In this document: positions 20,871 through 31,186 of the stretch, in pieces | How the letters are laid out: each line of letters opens with the position of its first letter | How positions within the stretch are numbered: position 1 is the stretch's first letter | Origin: an uncultured Actinomycetota bacterium | Lineage (GTDB): Bacteria > Actinomycetota > Actinomycetes > Propionibacteriales > Nocardioidaceae | Assembly (NCBI GenBank): GCA_963829635.1 | Contig: CAWHJI010000006.1 | Span: 1,535 to 65,534 of the forward strand | Direction of reading: 5' to 3' | Length of the DNA stretch: 64,000 nt | The notes under the pieces: generated by a model | Told to the model about the DNA's origin: nothing | Databases searched by the model: none | Seen by the model: the letters and a program-made list of their open reading frames with translations, nothing else | Translations under genes and position numbers: made by a program

Positions 20871-21162
20871 TCAGAGCTTCTCGCAGGCGATGCGGTCGTT
20901 GTCGCGGTCCAGGATCGGGGTTGTGCCGCAATCGGCGCGCCAGTACGCGTAAGTTGTTCTTGTAGAGGTTCTTCACCTTGGTGCCGCTGGTCTTGTCGAC
21001 GGCCCAGCGGGTGCCGACGCCGTGCGGCCACTTCTTGTTGAGGTTGGTGCAGTTGTCGTGGATGCCGGTCGTGTGAGCCGAGACCGGCGTCGTCAGCGCC
21101 AGGCTGGACGTGGTGGCGACGATCGCGAGCGCGACGGCGCCCGCCTTGCGGTTGATGCTCAT
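20871..21162 (-). CDS. small secreted excalibur-like Ca-binding protein (frameshifted C-terminus)
   Basis: Signal peptide; NCTNLNKKWPHGVG; C-terminal DRDNDRIACEKL in a shifted frame. Confidence 0.7.
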
Positions 21163-21270
21163 TCGGATCCCCCGAGTCGATGAAACGGCCGCTCGGAATG
21201 AGCGGCCGAGGTCGAGGCTAGATCGGGGTCTGCGCCGCAGTCAGACGTTTCGTCCGATCGCCCCCCGGTC

Positions 21271-22160
21271 CTACTCGCAGGCGGTGCCGTCGTCGTCGGC
21301 GTCGAGCCCGTGCGGGTCGGAACCGCTGACCGAGATCGGCCCGTTCACGTCGGCGCAGTCGACGTCCGGCGGGTACGACGGCACGCACGGGCGGTAGCCC
21401 GGTGCGCAGTTCCCGCCGGGGTCCGGGGCCGGTGCCGGGGCGGGCGCGGCGACGGCGACCGGCTTCTTCGGGCAGAGCGGGCGGCTGGAACGGTCGGCGG
21501 CGACGTACCGGGGCTCGCGCGGGTGGTAGCCGTACCCGTCGCGCGAGTCGTAGCGGGCGATCGCCAGGCCTTCGTCGATCAGGCGGTAGCCGGCGTCCAT
21601 CGAGCCGAGGTCGACGTACCGCAGCAGCCGGCCGTAGTGGTCGCGGTCCTCGTCGGAGCGGACCAGACGGACCTGCCGGCCGAGCACGAGCTGCCCGAGC
21701 CGGGCCGAGGCCCGGTCGTAGCCGCACTCGCCGACCTCGGGCGTGTCGATGCCGACCACCCGGACCGTCTGCCCGTTGCCGAGCTCCAGGGTGTCTCCGT
21801 CGACGATCCGGGTCACCAGGAAGGTGCTCGGGCGCCGGGTCGGGCTTCGGGCTCGGCTTCGTCGCCGTCGCGGGCTTCGCAGCGGGGCCTCCGCGCCCGG
21901 CCTTGCGGTCCTTGCGCTGCCCGTCGGACTTCTTGCTGTCCTTCTTGTCCGCTTCGGTGCGCTCGTCCTCCGGCGTTGTCGGTCGGCTCGTCGTCGGCCG
22001 TTCCGGTCTCCTGCGTCGCGGAGGAGTCCGAGCTCCGTCGCTGGTCCGCGTCGTCGCCGAACGCCGCGCTGAACGTCCACGTCAGCAGGACGACCGCGAG
22101 CACGGTCGCGAGCAGCGGGTGCCGCGCGGCCCACGAGCCCGCACCCCCAGAGTTCCCCAT
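21271..22160 (-). CDS. thermonuclease (SNase) family membrane-anchored protein with C-terminal Cys/Ca-binding domain (frameshifted)
   Basis: IVDGDT, VRVVGIDTPE, DHYGRLLRYV, GSDPHGLDADDDGTACE; N-terminal TM HPLLATVLAVVLL. Confidence 0.85.
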
Positions 22161-22249
22161 GATTCCCCCACGATGGATGGACCACGACGGTAGGCAAGGA
22201 GCCGCGACTTCGTGGCGGAATCGCCGAACTCGCGGGCTACGTTGGGCAG

Positions 22250-23219
22250 GTGCGCGCCGCGGTGGTGCTCCTGACGCTGGGGCTGGTCGCCGGCGGCTGC
22301 TCGAGCGCAGCCCGAGCCGGACCGCCCGGCCAGGACCGCGCCCACGAACGCACCCAGGACCTCGAGCAGCGAACCGTCCCCGGCGCCGTCGCCGGCCCTC
22401 CGGACGCCGTGGATCGGTCCGGCGGACCTCGACGTCGGCATCGCGGTCCGCACGGTGCGCCACCTCTGCGGGCGCCATCGGTCCCCGGCACGCCACGAGC
22501 CCCGCGTTCGAGCGGGCGGCCCGGATGGGTCGAGCGACAGCTGCGACGGGAGGGGTACGACGTACGCCGCCAGCGGGTCGCGGTGCCGGGCGGCCTGTCG
22601 TGGGGCGTTCGGGTCGCGGCGGGGGAGTCGGCGAACGTGGTGGCGACCCCGCGCGGGTTCGATTCGGAGGAGCCGCACCTGGTCCTCGGCGCCCACCTCG
22701 ACACCGTCCCGCAGGCTCCCGGGTGCCGAGGACAACGCCTCGGGCATCGGGGTGCTGCTCGCGGTCGCGGCGGCGGTGGCAGAGCGACGGACCCGGCTGC
22801 CCGTCGTGCTCGTCGCGTTCGGGGCCGAGGAGCCCCGCGGACCGACCGACGCCGACCACCACTACGGGTCGCGGGCGTACGTCGCCCGGCTGGCCGGTGC
22901 CGAGCGCCGGGCCGTCCGCGGGATGCTGTCGCTGGACCGGGTCGGGGTCGGCCGGGTGGTCCCGGTGGGGTCGGCGACCGGTGGCGTCGACCCGGCCCGC
23001 CGCGCGGTACTGGCGGCCGCGCGGCGGGCCGGGGTGGCGACGGTCGCGGAGCTCAACCGTTCGAGCGACCACTGGTCCTTCGTCCGCGCCGGGCTTCCCG
23101 GAGTGCGGCTCGGGAGCACGCCGTACGCCGCCTATCACAGCGCGGCCGACGTGCCCTCCGTCGTGGACCCGGCCCAGCTGCGCCGGGTCGGCAGGATCGT
23201 GCTCGCCTGGCTCCGCTGA
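22250..23219 (+). CDS. M28 family peptidase lipoprotein (frameshifts)
   Basis: Lipobox VAGGC; NVVA, LGAHLDT, GAEDNASG, FGAEE, SSDHWSF, YHSAAD. Confidence 0.85.
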
Positions 23220-23229
23220 GGAAGGTCGG

Positions 23230-24301
23230 TCAGTGGGACCGGACGTCGCCGAGGATGTTCGCCGCCGCCCTGCCAGTGACCGGCCGCGGGGTGAAGGTCG
23301 CGTCGAGGCGGTAGGGCGTCAGCTCGGTCTCGACCAGCCGGTCGCCGCGGAAGGTCGCGGTCAGCGTGACCCCCTCCATGGTCTGCTCCATGAAGTCCAT
23401 GTCGAAGACGAAGTTGCCCAGCGAGTGGGCCACCACGGCACCGCCGTACCTCTCGACGCCCTGCACCCAGTGGGGGTGCCCGCCGACGACGAGGTCCGCG
23501 CCGGCATCGACCAGGCGGCGGCCGACCGCGCGCTGCACGGGTTCGGCGCGGTGGGTGTACTGGGTGCCCCAGTGCGGCAGCACCACGACCACGTCCACCC
23601 GCCGCTCGAGCCGGCGTACGGCGTCCAGCACGTGGGCGAGGTCGGAACGGTTGAGCGGCCCGGTGCGCGGTGGCATCCGGACCGACAGGGCGCCCGGGGC
23701 GGCCGGCGTTGCCCGCGGCGTCTCGCCGATGGCGTTGAAGCCGAGGAACCCGAACCGCACGCCGTTCCGGGTGAGTACGGCGGGCCGGCTCGCCGCGGAG
23801 AGATCCCGGCCGGCGCCGAACCCGGCGATCCGGGAGCCCGCGAACGCGCGCACGGTCTCGAGCAGGGCGCGGTCCCCGAAGTCGCCGGTGTGGTTGTTGG
23901 CCAGGGAGAGCGCGTCGACCCCGGCGTCCGCGAGCGCGGCGAGGACCGACGGGGGAGCGTGGAAGGAGTCGTCACCCTGCCGCGGCGGGCCGTCATCGGA
24001 GAGCGTGCTCTCCAGGTTGCCGACGGTCAGGTCGGCGGCTCGCAGGTGGCGGGCCATCGGCCGCAGCCGGGCCGCCGCCCCGCCCGACTGCCTCGCGACT
24101 CCGCGGCCGAGCATGATGTCGCCAACCACGGTCAGCGTGGTCACCGGAGCCCGGGTGGGGCGCGGATCGCCGGGCCCTGACGAGGGAGCCGCGCGTGGCG
24201 AGGGCGCTTCCGGTGGCTCCGAGTCGCCGGCCGTGCAGGCGGGCAGCAGCGGCCACGGCGCCGACGAGCAGCCACGCCCCGACCGCCCTCGAGCCCTGCA
24301 T
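23230..24301 (-). CDS. CapA-family metallophosphoesterase-like lipoprotein (frameshift ~24250)
   Basis: VGDIMLGR, GNLES, LANNHTGDFG, PHWGTQY, GGHPHWVQ, SLGNFVFD. Confidence 0.88.
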
Positions 24302-24332
24302 CGGGCCAGTCTGCCGGACCGGGCTGGTCGGC

Positions 24333-25175
24333 TCAGCCGACCGCGACCAGCCCGACCGCAAGCCCGCACAGCACGAGCCCGACGCCCTGGGCCCGGTGCA
24401 CGCGCTCCTTCAGCACCAGCGCAGCGAGGAGGATCGTGAAGGCGGGGTAGAGCGAGGCCAGCACGCCTGACACGGTCAGGTAGCCCCGCTGGGTCGCCAG
24501 CAGGAAGGTCGCGGTGGCGACGGTGCTGAGCAGGCCGCACCACACGGCGGGCAGGGCCGCCCGGTGCCGCGGGAGCCAGGGCTCCCGGACCGCGCTGGCG
24601 ATCAGTACGACGGCGGGGACCGACAGCGCCTGCGTCAGGGCGAGCGGCCACAGGCCGGCGGTGTCCGGGATCTGCCCGAGCGCGGCGAAGAGGACCCCGA
24701 AGCCGAGCCCGGCCAGCAGTCCGTCCACCACACCGGCGGCCGTGGTCGCGGTGACTCCCGAGGCCGGCGCGGGCTCGCGGGAGACCAGCCAGATCCCGGG
24801 GAGGGCGATGCCGATCCCCAGCCAGGCCAGGAGCGTGGGCCGTTCTCCGGAGAGCACGCCGACGGTGAGCGGGACGAGCGCGGCGCCGACGGCCGAGACG
24901 GGCGCGACCACACCCATCCGGCCGGCCGCGAACCCCCGGTAGAGGAAGCCTGCGCCGGCACCGCTGCCGACGCCGGCGAGGACGGCCCACGCCAGGTCGC
25001 CGGCGTCGGGGCGCCCCGCGAAGAAGGGAGCAGCCGCGGCGGTGGACAACGCCGCCACGAGGGCGCCGACGACGGCGACCGACCAGGCCGACGTACGCCG
25101 TGACACCAGGCCGCCCACGAAGTCGGACAGCCCGTAGGCCAGGGCGGAGACCAGCGCCAGTGCGACCGCGATCAC
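24333..25175 (-). CDS. EamA/DMT family transporter
   Basis: About 10 TM segments; YGLSDFVGG, GVVAPVSA, LASLYPAFTILLA, LKER. Confidence 0.88.
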   Translation of the reverse strand: MIAVALALVSALAYGLSDFVGGLVSRRTSAWSVAVVGALVAALSTAAAAPFFAGRPDAGDLAWAVLAGVGSGAGAGFLYRGFAAGRMGVVAPVSAVGAALVPLTVGVLSGERPTLLAWLGIGIALPGIWLVSREPAPASGVTATTAAGVVDGLLAGLGFGVLFAALGQIPDTAGLWPLALTQALSVPAVVLIASAVREPWLPRHRAALPAVWCGLLSTVATATFLLATQRGYLTVSGVLASLYPAFTILLAALVLKERVHRAQGVGLVLCGLAVGLVAVG

Positions 25176-25651
25176 GGCGTGACCAGGACGCCCACGACCC
25201 ACACGCTCGCCGCCAGCGCCCCGGACACGAGCTCGATGAGGATGCTCAGACCCACCGCACGCAGCGCGGCCTGCGTGGAGGGCCACGCGGGGCCGGCGCC
25301 GAGGCGATGCCGTTCGGCCAGGTAGACCCCGAGCACGAAGCCGAGGAAGAGCCCCACCACCGGGACCACGAAGAAGCCGGGGATCGCCAGCGCCACGCCG
25401 GTCCACTGGGTCCGCGACGGGATCCCGGCGTCCTTCAGCCGGCGGCCGGGGACGACGTACTTCACCACGGTGCCAAGGACGATCAGCGCGGCGGCTACAC
25501 CGAAGACAGTCCAGGCGGCGCCACCACCGAGCCCGATGGCCCACACCAGGATCGCCACCAGGATGAGGAGGGTCCCGGGGAGCACGGGGACGATGATCCC
25601 GATCAGTCCGACCGCGATCGCGAGCGCGACGAAGACTTCGGTGAGGGTCAC
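25172..25651 (-). CDS. DUF456 family membrane protein
   Basis: GLIGIIVPVLPG, GFFVVPVVGLFLGFVLGVYLAE. Confidence 0.85.
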   Translation of the reverse strand: MTLTEVFVALAIAVGLIGIIVPVLPGTLLILVAILVWAIGLGGGAAWTVFGVAAALIVLGTVVKYVVPGRRLKDAGIPSRTQWTGVALAIPGFFVVPVVGLFLGFVLGVYLAERHRLGAGPAWPSTQAALRAVGLSILIELVSGALAASVWVVGVLVTP

Positions 25652-25691
25652 GGGGACACCCTAGGTGTCGGCGCAGGCCGCGAAATGACCG

Positions 25692-25720
25692 CGGCCCCGG
25701 ACCCATGGGGTCCGGGGCCG
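25692..25720 (-). terminator. 13-bp hairpin downstream of the small Zn-binding protein gene
   Basis: cggccccggaccc-atg-gggtccggggccg. Confidence 0.65.
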
Positions 25721-25742
25721 TCTCGGAAGACGTAGGGGGCGG

Positions 25743-25976
25743 TCAGGCCTCGCCGTCGGAGGCGACGGCCGGGGTGTCGGCGAGCTTGTGCGTCTCATCG
25801 ACGACGTTGGCCGCGATCTCACGCAGCGCCTCACCGTGCTCGCGGGCGTGGTGAGCGCAGAAGAGAAGCTCGCCGCCGGTCTGGAGCTCGACGCGGAGGT
25901 AGGCCTGGGCGCCGCAGCGGTCGCAGCGGTCCGAGGCGCTCAGCGCGGGAGCGGCAGGGGCAACAGCAGTGGTCAC
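25743..25976 (-). CDS. small conserved actinobacterial putative Zn-binding protein (DUF7455-like)
   Basis: DRCDRCGAQAY...LLFCAHH. Confidence 0.85.
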   Translation of the reverse strand: MTTAVAPAAPALSASDRCDRCGAQAYLRVELQTGGELLFCAHHAREHGEALREIAANVVDETHKLADTPAVASDGEA

Positions 25977-26008
25977 ATCGGCCTCATTTCTCTTCGGGTG
26001 ACTGGTTC

Positions 26009-26035
26009 AACGTAGCGGCCGGTCTCAAAGATTCC
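26009..26035 (-). promoter_or_regulatory. SigR/SigH-type promoter candidate
   Basis: Minus strand GGAAT-N19-GTT, 33 nt upstream of the GTG start at 25976. Confidence 0.55.
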
Positions 26036-26389
26036 CGCCTCGACGTGTTGCCTGACACTCCATCCCATCATGCGGTTCCTACCCAGTTGCGGCGACTCCT
26101 AATCCTCGGATCCGCCGCACTGTCTAGATGCCTCATCTCGCTGAGTGTGACGCCGGTGTGGGTCGCCAGGTTGCGAAACTTCCGCCCGGGGGACAGATCG
26201 TTTCCACATCGTGACGTGAACCACACCGTGACTTCTCGACCAAGGTAGACCGACGACGTCCGGTTCCCCGGTAACGCGTGCCTTCCGTCGTCCTTCGGCG
26301 TGTCGCAGGTAGATTCGGTCCCGTACCGACGACCGGATTGGTCCCGACCGACGAGGCCGGCCGACCACCCGAGAAGCAGGAGCTCCACG

Positions 26390-28459
26390 ATCGACAACGC
26401 CTACAACGCGGCCCACCTCCTGGTCCTCGAGGGCCTCGAGGCGGTCCGCAAGCGACCGGGCATGTACATCGGCTCGACCGACACCCGCGGGCTGATGCAC
26501 TGCCTGTGGGAGATCATCGACAACGGGGTCGACGAGGCGCTGGCGGGCTCCGCGCACCACGTCGAGGTCACCCTGCACCCCGACGACTCGGTCGAGGTGC
26601 ACGACGACGGGCGCGGCATCCCCACCGACAAGGAGCCCAAGACCGGACTCCCCGGCGTCGAGGTGGTCGCCACCAAGCTCCACGCCGGCGGCAAGTTCGG
26701 CGGGGGCTCCTACGTCGCCACCGGCGGCCTGCACGGCGTCGGCCTGTCGGTGGTGAACGCCCTCTCCGCCCGGATGGACATCGACGTCGACCGCTCACCC
26801 AGCCAGCAGGGCATCAGCTTCCACCGGGGTGCCGCGGGCGTCTTCGACGGGGACGGGCCGAAGGCCGCGTTCACGCCGAAGTCCGGGCTGACCCGCAAGG
26901 GCAAGCGGGTCGCCAAGGGCAAGACCGGCACCCGCATCCGGTTCTGGCCGGACCGCCAGATCTTCACCAAGGACGCCCGGTTCGTCTTCGACGACCTGCT
27001 GACGCGGGCCCGGCAGACGTCGTACATCGTGCCCGGCCTGGAGCTGGTGATCCGCGACCAGCGCGGCCCCGACAGCGAGGACCTGCGCGAGGAGAAGTTC
27101 CGCCACGACGGCGGGATCGCCGAGTTCGTCGACTACCTGTCCACCGGCGAGCCGGTCACCGACATCCTCCGGCTGCAGGGCAAGGACTCCTTCACCGAGA
27201 CCGTGCCGCTGCTCGACGACAAGGGGCACATGACGCCGCAGGAGGTCGATCGGGAGCTCACCGTCGACGTCGCCCTGCGCTGGAACACCGGCTACGACAC
27301 CGAGGTCCGCTCGTTCGTCAACGTGATCGCCACGCCCAAGGGCGGCACCCACGTCAGCGGCTTCGAGACCGCGCTCACCTCGACGTTCAACGACGTGATG
27401 CGCTCGACCAAGGCGCTGAAGGTCAACGACGACAACGTGGTCAAGGACGACGTGCTCGAGGGCATGACGGCGGTGGTCACGGTCCGGCTCGCCGAGCCGC
27501 AGTTCGAGGGCCAGACCAAGGAGATCCTCGGTACGCCGGCCGCGCGCGGCGTCGTACGCAAGGTGGTGTCCGCGGAGCTGAAGAAGTTCCTGACCTCCAC
27601 CAAGCGGGCCGAGAAGGCCCAGGCCAAGCTGGTGATGGAGAAGGTCGTCGGCGCCTCGAAGACCCGCATCGCGGCCCGCCAGCACAAGGAGACCCAGCGG
27701 CGCAAGAACGCCCTGGAGTCCTCGGCCCTGCCGGCGAAGCTCCGGGACTGCCGGGCCAACGACAACGAGCGCACCGAGCTGTTCATCGTCGAGGGCGACT
27801 CCGCGCTCGGCACGGCCAAGGACGCCCGCAACTCCGAGTTCCAGGCGCTGCTGCCGATCCGGGGCAAGATCCTGAACGTCCAGAAGGCCTCGGTCGGCGA
27901 CATGCTCAAGAACGCCGAGTGCGCCTCGATCATCCAGGTGGTCGGGGCCGGCTCGGGGCGCACCTTCGACCTCGAGGCGCGGCGCTACGGCCGGATCATC
28001 TTCATGGCCGACGCCGACTCCGACGGTGCCCACATCCGGTGCCTGCTCGCCACGCTGTTCTTCAAGTACATGCCCGACCTGATCCGGGAGGGCCGGGTCT
28101 ACACCGCCGTCCCGCCGCTGCACCGGATCGAGCTGACCAACCCCAAGAAGGGGATGGACAAGTACGTCTACACCTACTCCGACGACGAGCTGCAGCGAAA
28201 GCTCGCCGAGCTGTCGAAGAAGAACGTGCGGTGGAAGGACCCCGTCCAGCGCTACAAGGGGCTCGGTGAGATGGATGCCGACCAGCTGGCCGAGACCACC
28301 ATGGACCCGCGCCGCCGTACCCTCCGGCGGATCACCATCGACGACGCCGACGAGGCCGCGACCGTGTTCGAGCTGCTCATGGGCTCCGAGGTCGCGCCGC
28401 GCAAGGAGTTCATCGTCCAGGGCGCCTATGAGGTCGACGTCGAGGCGCTCGACGCCTGA
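26390..28459 (+). CDS. parE: DNA topoisomerase IV subunit B (GyrB paralogue), probable ATC start
   Basis: LEGLEAVRKRPGMYIG, EIIDNGVDE, DDGRGIP, GGLHGVG, EGDSA, PIRGKILNV, DADSDGAHI, RYKGLGEM; AGGAG SD 7 nt before ATC 26390; not adjacent to a gyrA gene. Confidence 0.92.
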   Translation: MDNAYNAAHLLVLEGLEAVRKRPGMYIGSTDTRGLMHCLWEIIDNGVDEALAGSAHHVEVTLHPDDSVEVHDDGRGIPTDKEPKTGLPGVEVVATKLHAGGKFGGGSYVATGGLHGVGLSVVNALSARMDIDVDRSPSQQGISFHRGAAGVFDGDGPKAAFTPKSGLTRKGKRVAKGKTGTRIRFWPDRQIFTKDARFVFDDLLTRARQTSYIVPGLELVIRDQRGPDSEDLREEKFRHDGGIAEFVDYLSTGEPVTDILRLQGKDSFTETVPLLDDKGHMTPQEVDRELTVDVALRWNTGYDTEVRSFVNVIATPKGGTHVSGFETALTSTFNDVMRSTKALKVNDDNVVKDDVLEGMTAVVTVRLAEPQFEGQTKEILGTPAARGVVRKVVSAELKKFLTSTKRAEKAQAKLVMEKVVGASKTRIAARQHKETQRRKNALESSALPAKLRDCRANDNERTELFIVEGDSALGTAKDARNSEFQALLPIRGKILNVQKASVGDMLKNAECASIIQVVGAGSGRTFDLEARRYGRIIFMADADSDGAHIRCLLATLFFKYMPDLIREGRVYTAVPPLHRIELTNPKKGMDKYVYTYSDDELQRKLAELSKKNVRWKDPVQRYKGLGEMDADQLAETTMDPRRRTLRRITIDDADEAATVFELLMGSEVAPRKEFIVQGAYEVDVEALDA

Positions 28460-28611
28460 TGTTCCTGCTCGAGCTCGTCTTCGACGTCATCGCCTCCGCG
28501 TTTTCGTTCGGCCGGAAGCGCAGGGGCCGGCCGCCGCGCGAGCCGTGGTCGGTGAGGCGGTCCCGTCGCCGCATGGAGAAGTGGCGCGAGGAGACCGGGC
28601 GCATTGAGTGA
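28459..28611 (+). CDS. candidate 50-aa small protein coupled to parE
   Basis: TGATG overlap; MFLLELVFDVIASAFSFGRKRRGRPP...WREETGRIE. Confidence 0.35.
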   Translation: MFLLELVFDVIASAFSFGRKRRGRPPREPWSVRRSRRRMEKWREETGRIE

Positions 28612-28623
28612 CCAGCTGGCTTC

Positions 28624-28672
28624 CTTGTGTGGTTGATCCAACTCACCAGGTGAATCGGATCAACCGCACAAG
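28624..28672. terminator. long hairpin; terminator or repeat element
   Basis: cttgtgtggttgatcc ... ggatcaaccgcacaag with an inner tcacc/ggtga stem. Confidence 0.55.
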
Positions 28673-28703
28673 ACGCAACGCGCAGCCGCAGTAGCCTCTC
28701 GCC

Positions 28704-28859
28704 ATGGAACTGCTGCTTGGGCTCTTGGTGCCACTCCTCGGTCTGACCGTTCTCTACTGGGTGATCCGTCTGGCCGTGCGTCACGCGATGCTCGAAACGC
28801 ATCACCGCCTGGACCGCGAACGCGCGCGGAGTGAGGCGGGGCAGCGATCCGCGGGCTGA
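28704..28859 (+). CDS. small single-TM protein (51 aa), leaderless
   Basis: TAGCCT -10 six nt before ATG; MELLLGLLVPLLGLTVLYWVIRLAVRHAM. Confidence 0.6.
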   Translation: MELLLGLLVPLLGLTVLYWVIRLAVRHAMLETHHRLDRERARSEAGQRSAG

Positions 28860-28876
28860 CCGCCGGCCAGGGTGGG

Positions 28877-29371
28877 TCAGAACTTCTGGTCGATGAGGCC
28901 GGTGTCGACGTCGTACACGAACCCGCCGACCTGGACCGAGTCGGGGATGAGCGGGTGGGCCCGGACCTTGCGGACGTCCTCCTCGAGGGCGGCGAGCTGG
29001 TCGTCGATGACGTGGAACTGCTGCCAGGACGCGTCCTGCCCGGCCGAGGCGCCGATCCGCTCGCGCAGCTCGGCCTCGGAGTTGGCGGTCATCGCGCACC
29101 GGGTGTGGGGGATGACCAGGACCCGTGTCACCCCGAGCAGGTGGACGCCGAGGACGAGCGCCTCCAGCGCGGCCGTCGTCACCCGGCCGCCCGGGTTGCG
29201 GAAGATCTTGGCGTCGCCGTGGTCCAGCCCGAGCATGCGGAGCGGATCGATCCGGGAGTCCATGCAGGTCACGATCGCGACGCCGGCGTGGGCGACGCCG
29301 TCGAAGCCGCCGAGGTCGAAGGAGTCGGCGAACGCGCGGTTGGCGGCGATGAGGTCGTCGAAGTCAGCCAC
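28877..29371 (-). CDS. beta-class carbonic anhydrase
   Basis: TCMDSRI, RNPGG, HTRCAM, YDVDTG. Confidence 0.92.
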   Translation of the reverse strand: MADFDDLIAANRAFADSFDLGGFDGVAHAGVAIVTCMDSRIDPLRMLGLDHGDAKIFRNPGGRVTTAALEALVLGVHLLGVTRVLVIPHTRCAMTANSEAELRERIGASAGQDASWQQFHVIDDQLAALEEDVRKVRAHPLIPDSVQVGGFVYDVDTGLIDQKF

Positions 29372-29381
29372 GGGCAGGACG

Positions 29382-31176
29382 CTAGCGGACCCTGCGAGCC
29401 GGCCGAGCGCAGCATCTCGCGCGCGTCCACGGACCGGGTGCCGGCCGAGCGGAAGAGCACGAGCGCCAGGACGCCGGCGACGACGGCGCAGAGCGCGGCA
29501 CCCAGGAAGACCGTCTGCTCCTGCGCGATCCCGGCGACTCTCAACAGGTCGGTGAACTCCGCGCAGCGGGTCTTCCCGTCGCAGACGTCGCTGGGCTCCG
29601 GGAGGTCGGCCTGCTCGGCGTAGTAGCGGCGCAGCCCGATCGTGGTCAGGGCCGAGATGCCGACCAGCATCCCGACCATCCGGGCCACGACGACCAGGGC
29701 GCTGGCCAGCCCGTGGACGTCGTCGTCGGTGCTGGCGAGCACCGCCGCGTTGACCGGGGCCAGTGCCAGCCCGAAGCCGAAGCCGCCGAGCAGCAACGCC
29801 ACGTTGGAGGACGCGTCCTCGAGGCTGGTCAGCCCCCAGCGGCTCATCAGCACGAAGCCGACGGCGGCGCAGGCCATCCCGGCGGCAGTGACCACGCCGG
29901 CGGGGAGCGCGCGGGTCAGGTAGCCGCCCAGCACGGCCCCCACCGGCAGCGCCACCAGGAAGCGCACCAGGACCAGGGCCGCCATCAGCTGGCTGTCGGA
30001 GTGCACCGTGGTCCGCGCGAAGATCGGGATGTCGATCAGGGCGGCGATCAGCGCGGCGCCGACGAAGAAGCTGACCAGGAGCGAGCCCCAGGCCGGCGTA
30101 CGACGGAGCGTGCCGCGCGGGACGAGTGGCGCGTCGGCGCGGCGGAGGTGGAGGACGAACGCGACGGCGGCGACCGCGGAGCCGAGGAGGTACCAGAGCC
30201 CCTGGTCGGAGAACACCTGGACCTTGGGGTCGGCGGTGGCGAACGCCAGGATGACCCCCGCCAGCGCGGCGGCGAGGAAGAGCGAGCCGACCAGGTCGGC
30301 GTCACGGGTGGCGCCGCGCCCAGTCGCGCAGGTCGACCAGCGGACGCGCGGCGGTGAGGCAGCGCACCAGGAACAGCGCGGCCGCGACGATCGCGACCAG
30401 GCCGGTCGCCGTCAGCCATCGGCCGTCCCCGATGACCGGGATGAACAGCTGGCCCCAGGTCAGGTCGCGCAGCAGGGGAGCGGGCTGGGTGAAGACCAGC
30501 GCGCCCGCGCCGAGCGTGATCAGGAGGAGGAGGGCGCCCGGCACGGTCGGGCGTCGGCGCGACTTCCGGGGACTTGCGACGGCTCGCGCGGCGACCGCGG
30601 ACCTCGACCGCCGGGTCGGCCAGGGCGCGGATGGCAGCGGCGAGGACGAGGCCGACGACCAGGTTGATGCCGAAGATCACCCGCCAGTCGGCGAAGGCCA
30701 GCACGACCGCGCCGAACAGCGGCCCGAGCACGCTGCCCAGCTCCTGGACCGCCGAGACGACGCCCAGGGGTACGCCGCGGCGGTCGACCGGGTAGAGGTC
30801 GGCGACCAGGGCGAGCGTGGCCGGCACCAGCCCGCCGCCGCCCACACCTTGGAGGAAGCGACCGGTGACCATGCTCGGCATGTCGTAGGCCAGGGCGGTC
30901 ACCAGGGAGCCGGCGGCGAACACGACCAGGGCGGCGACCAGGACCGGGCACCCGGCCGCGCAGGTCGGCGATCCGGCCGATCAGCGGCAGCATGGCGACG
31001 TACCCCAGCAGGAAGCCGGACACGATCGGCGCCGCCCGCTGGAGCTGGTCGATCGGGACCCCGACCGCATTCATCATCTCCGGCAGGGCCAGGACGACGA
31101 CGTAGGTGTCCGCTGCCGCGAACGCCACGGCCACCGCGGCGAGGCCGAGCAGCAGCCTCGGCCGGGAAGCGCTCAT
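29382..31176 (-). CDS. MFS transporter, P55/Rv1410c-like (several frameshifts; 3' end approximate)
   Basis: AADTYVVVLAL, GFLLGYVAMLPLIGRIAD, GRFLQGVGGGGLVPATLALVAD, QELGSVLGP, VVVARMVGML. Confidence 0.82.
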
Positions 31177-31186
31177 CTTCTGGGGG

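Noticed and set aside
23230-24301. Poly-gamma-glutamate capsule locus
   Set aside because: Only a CapA-family gene is present; capB/capC are absent from the window.
26210-26225. CRP/GlxR site CGTGA-N6-CCACA upstream of parE
   Set aside because: Two mismatches and a single occurrence; too weak to call.
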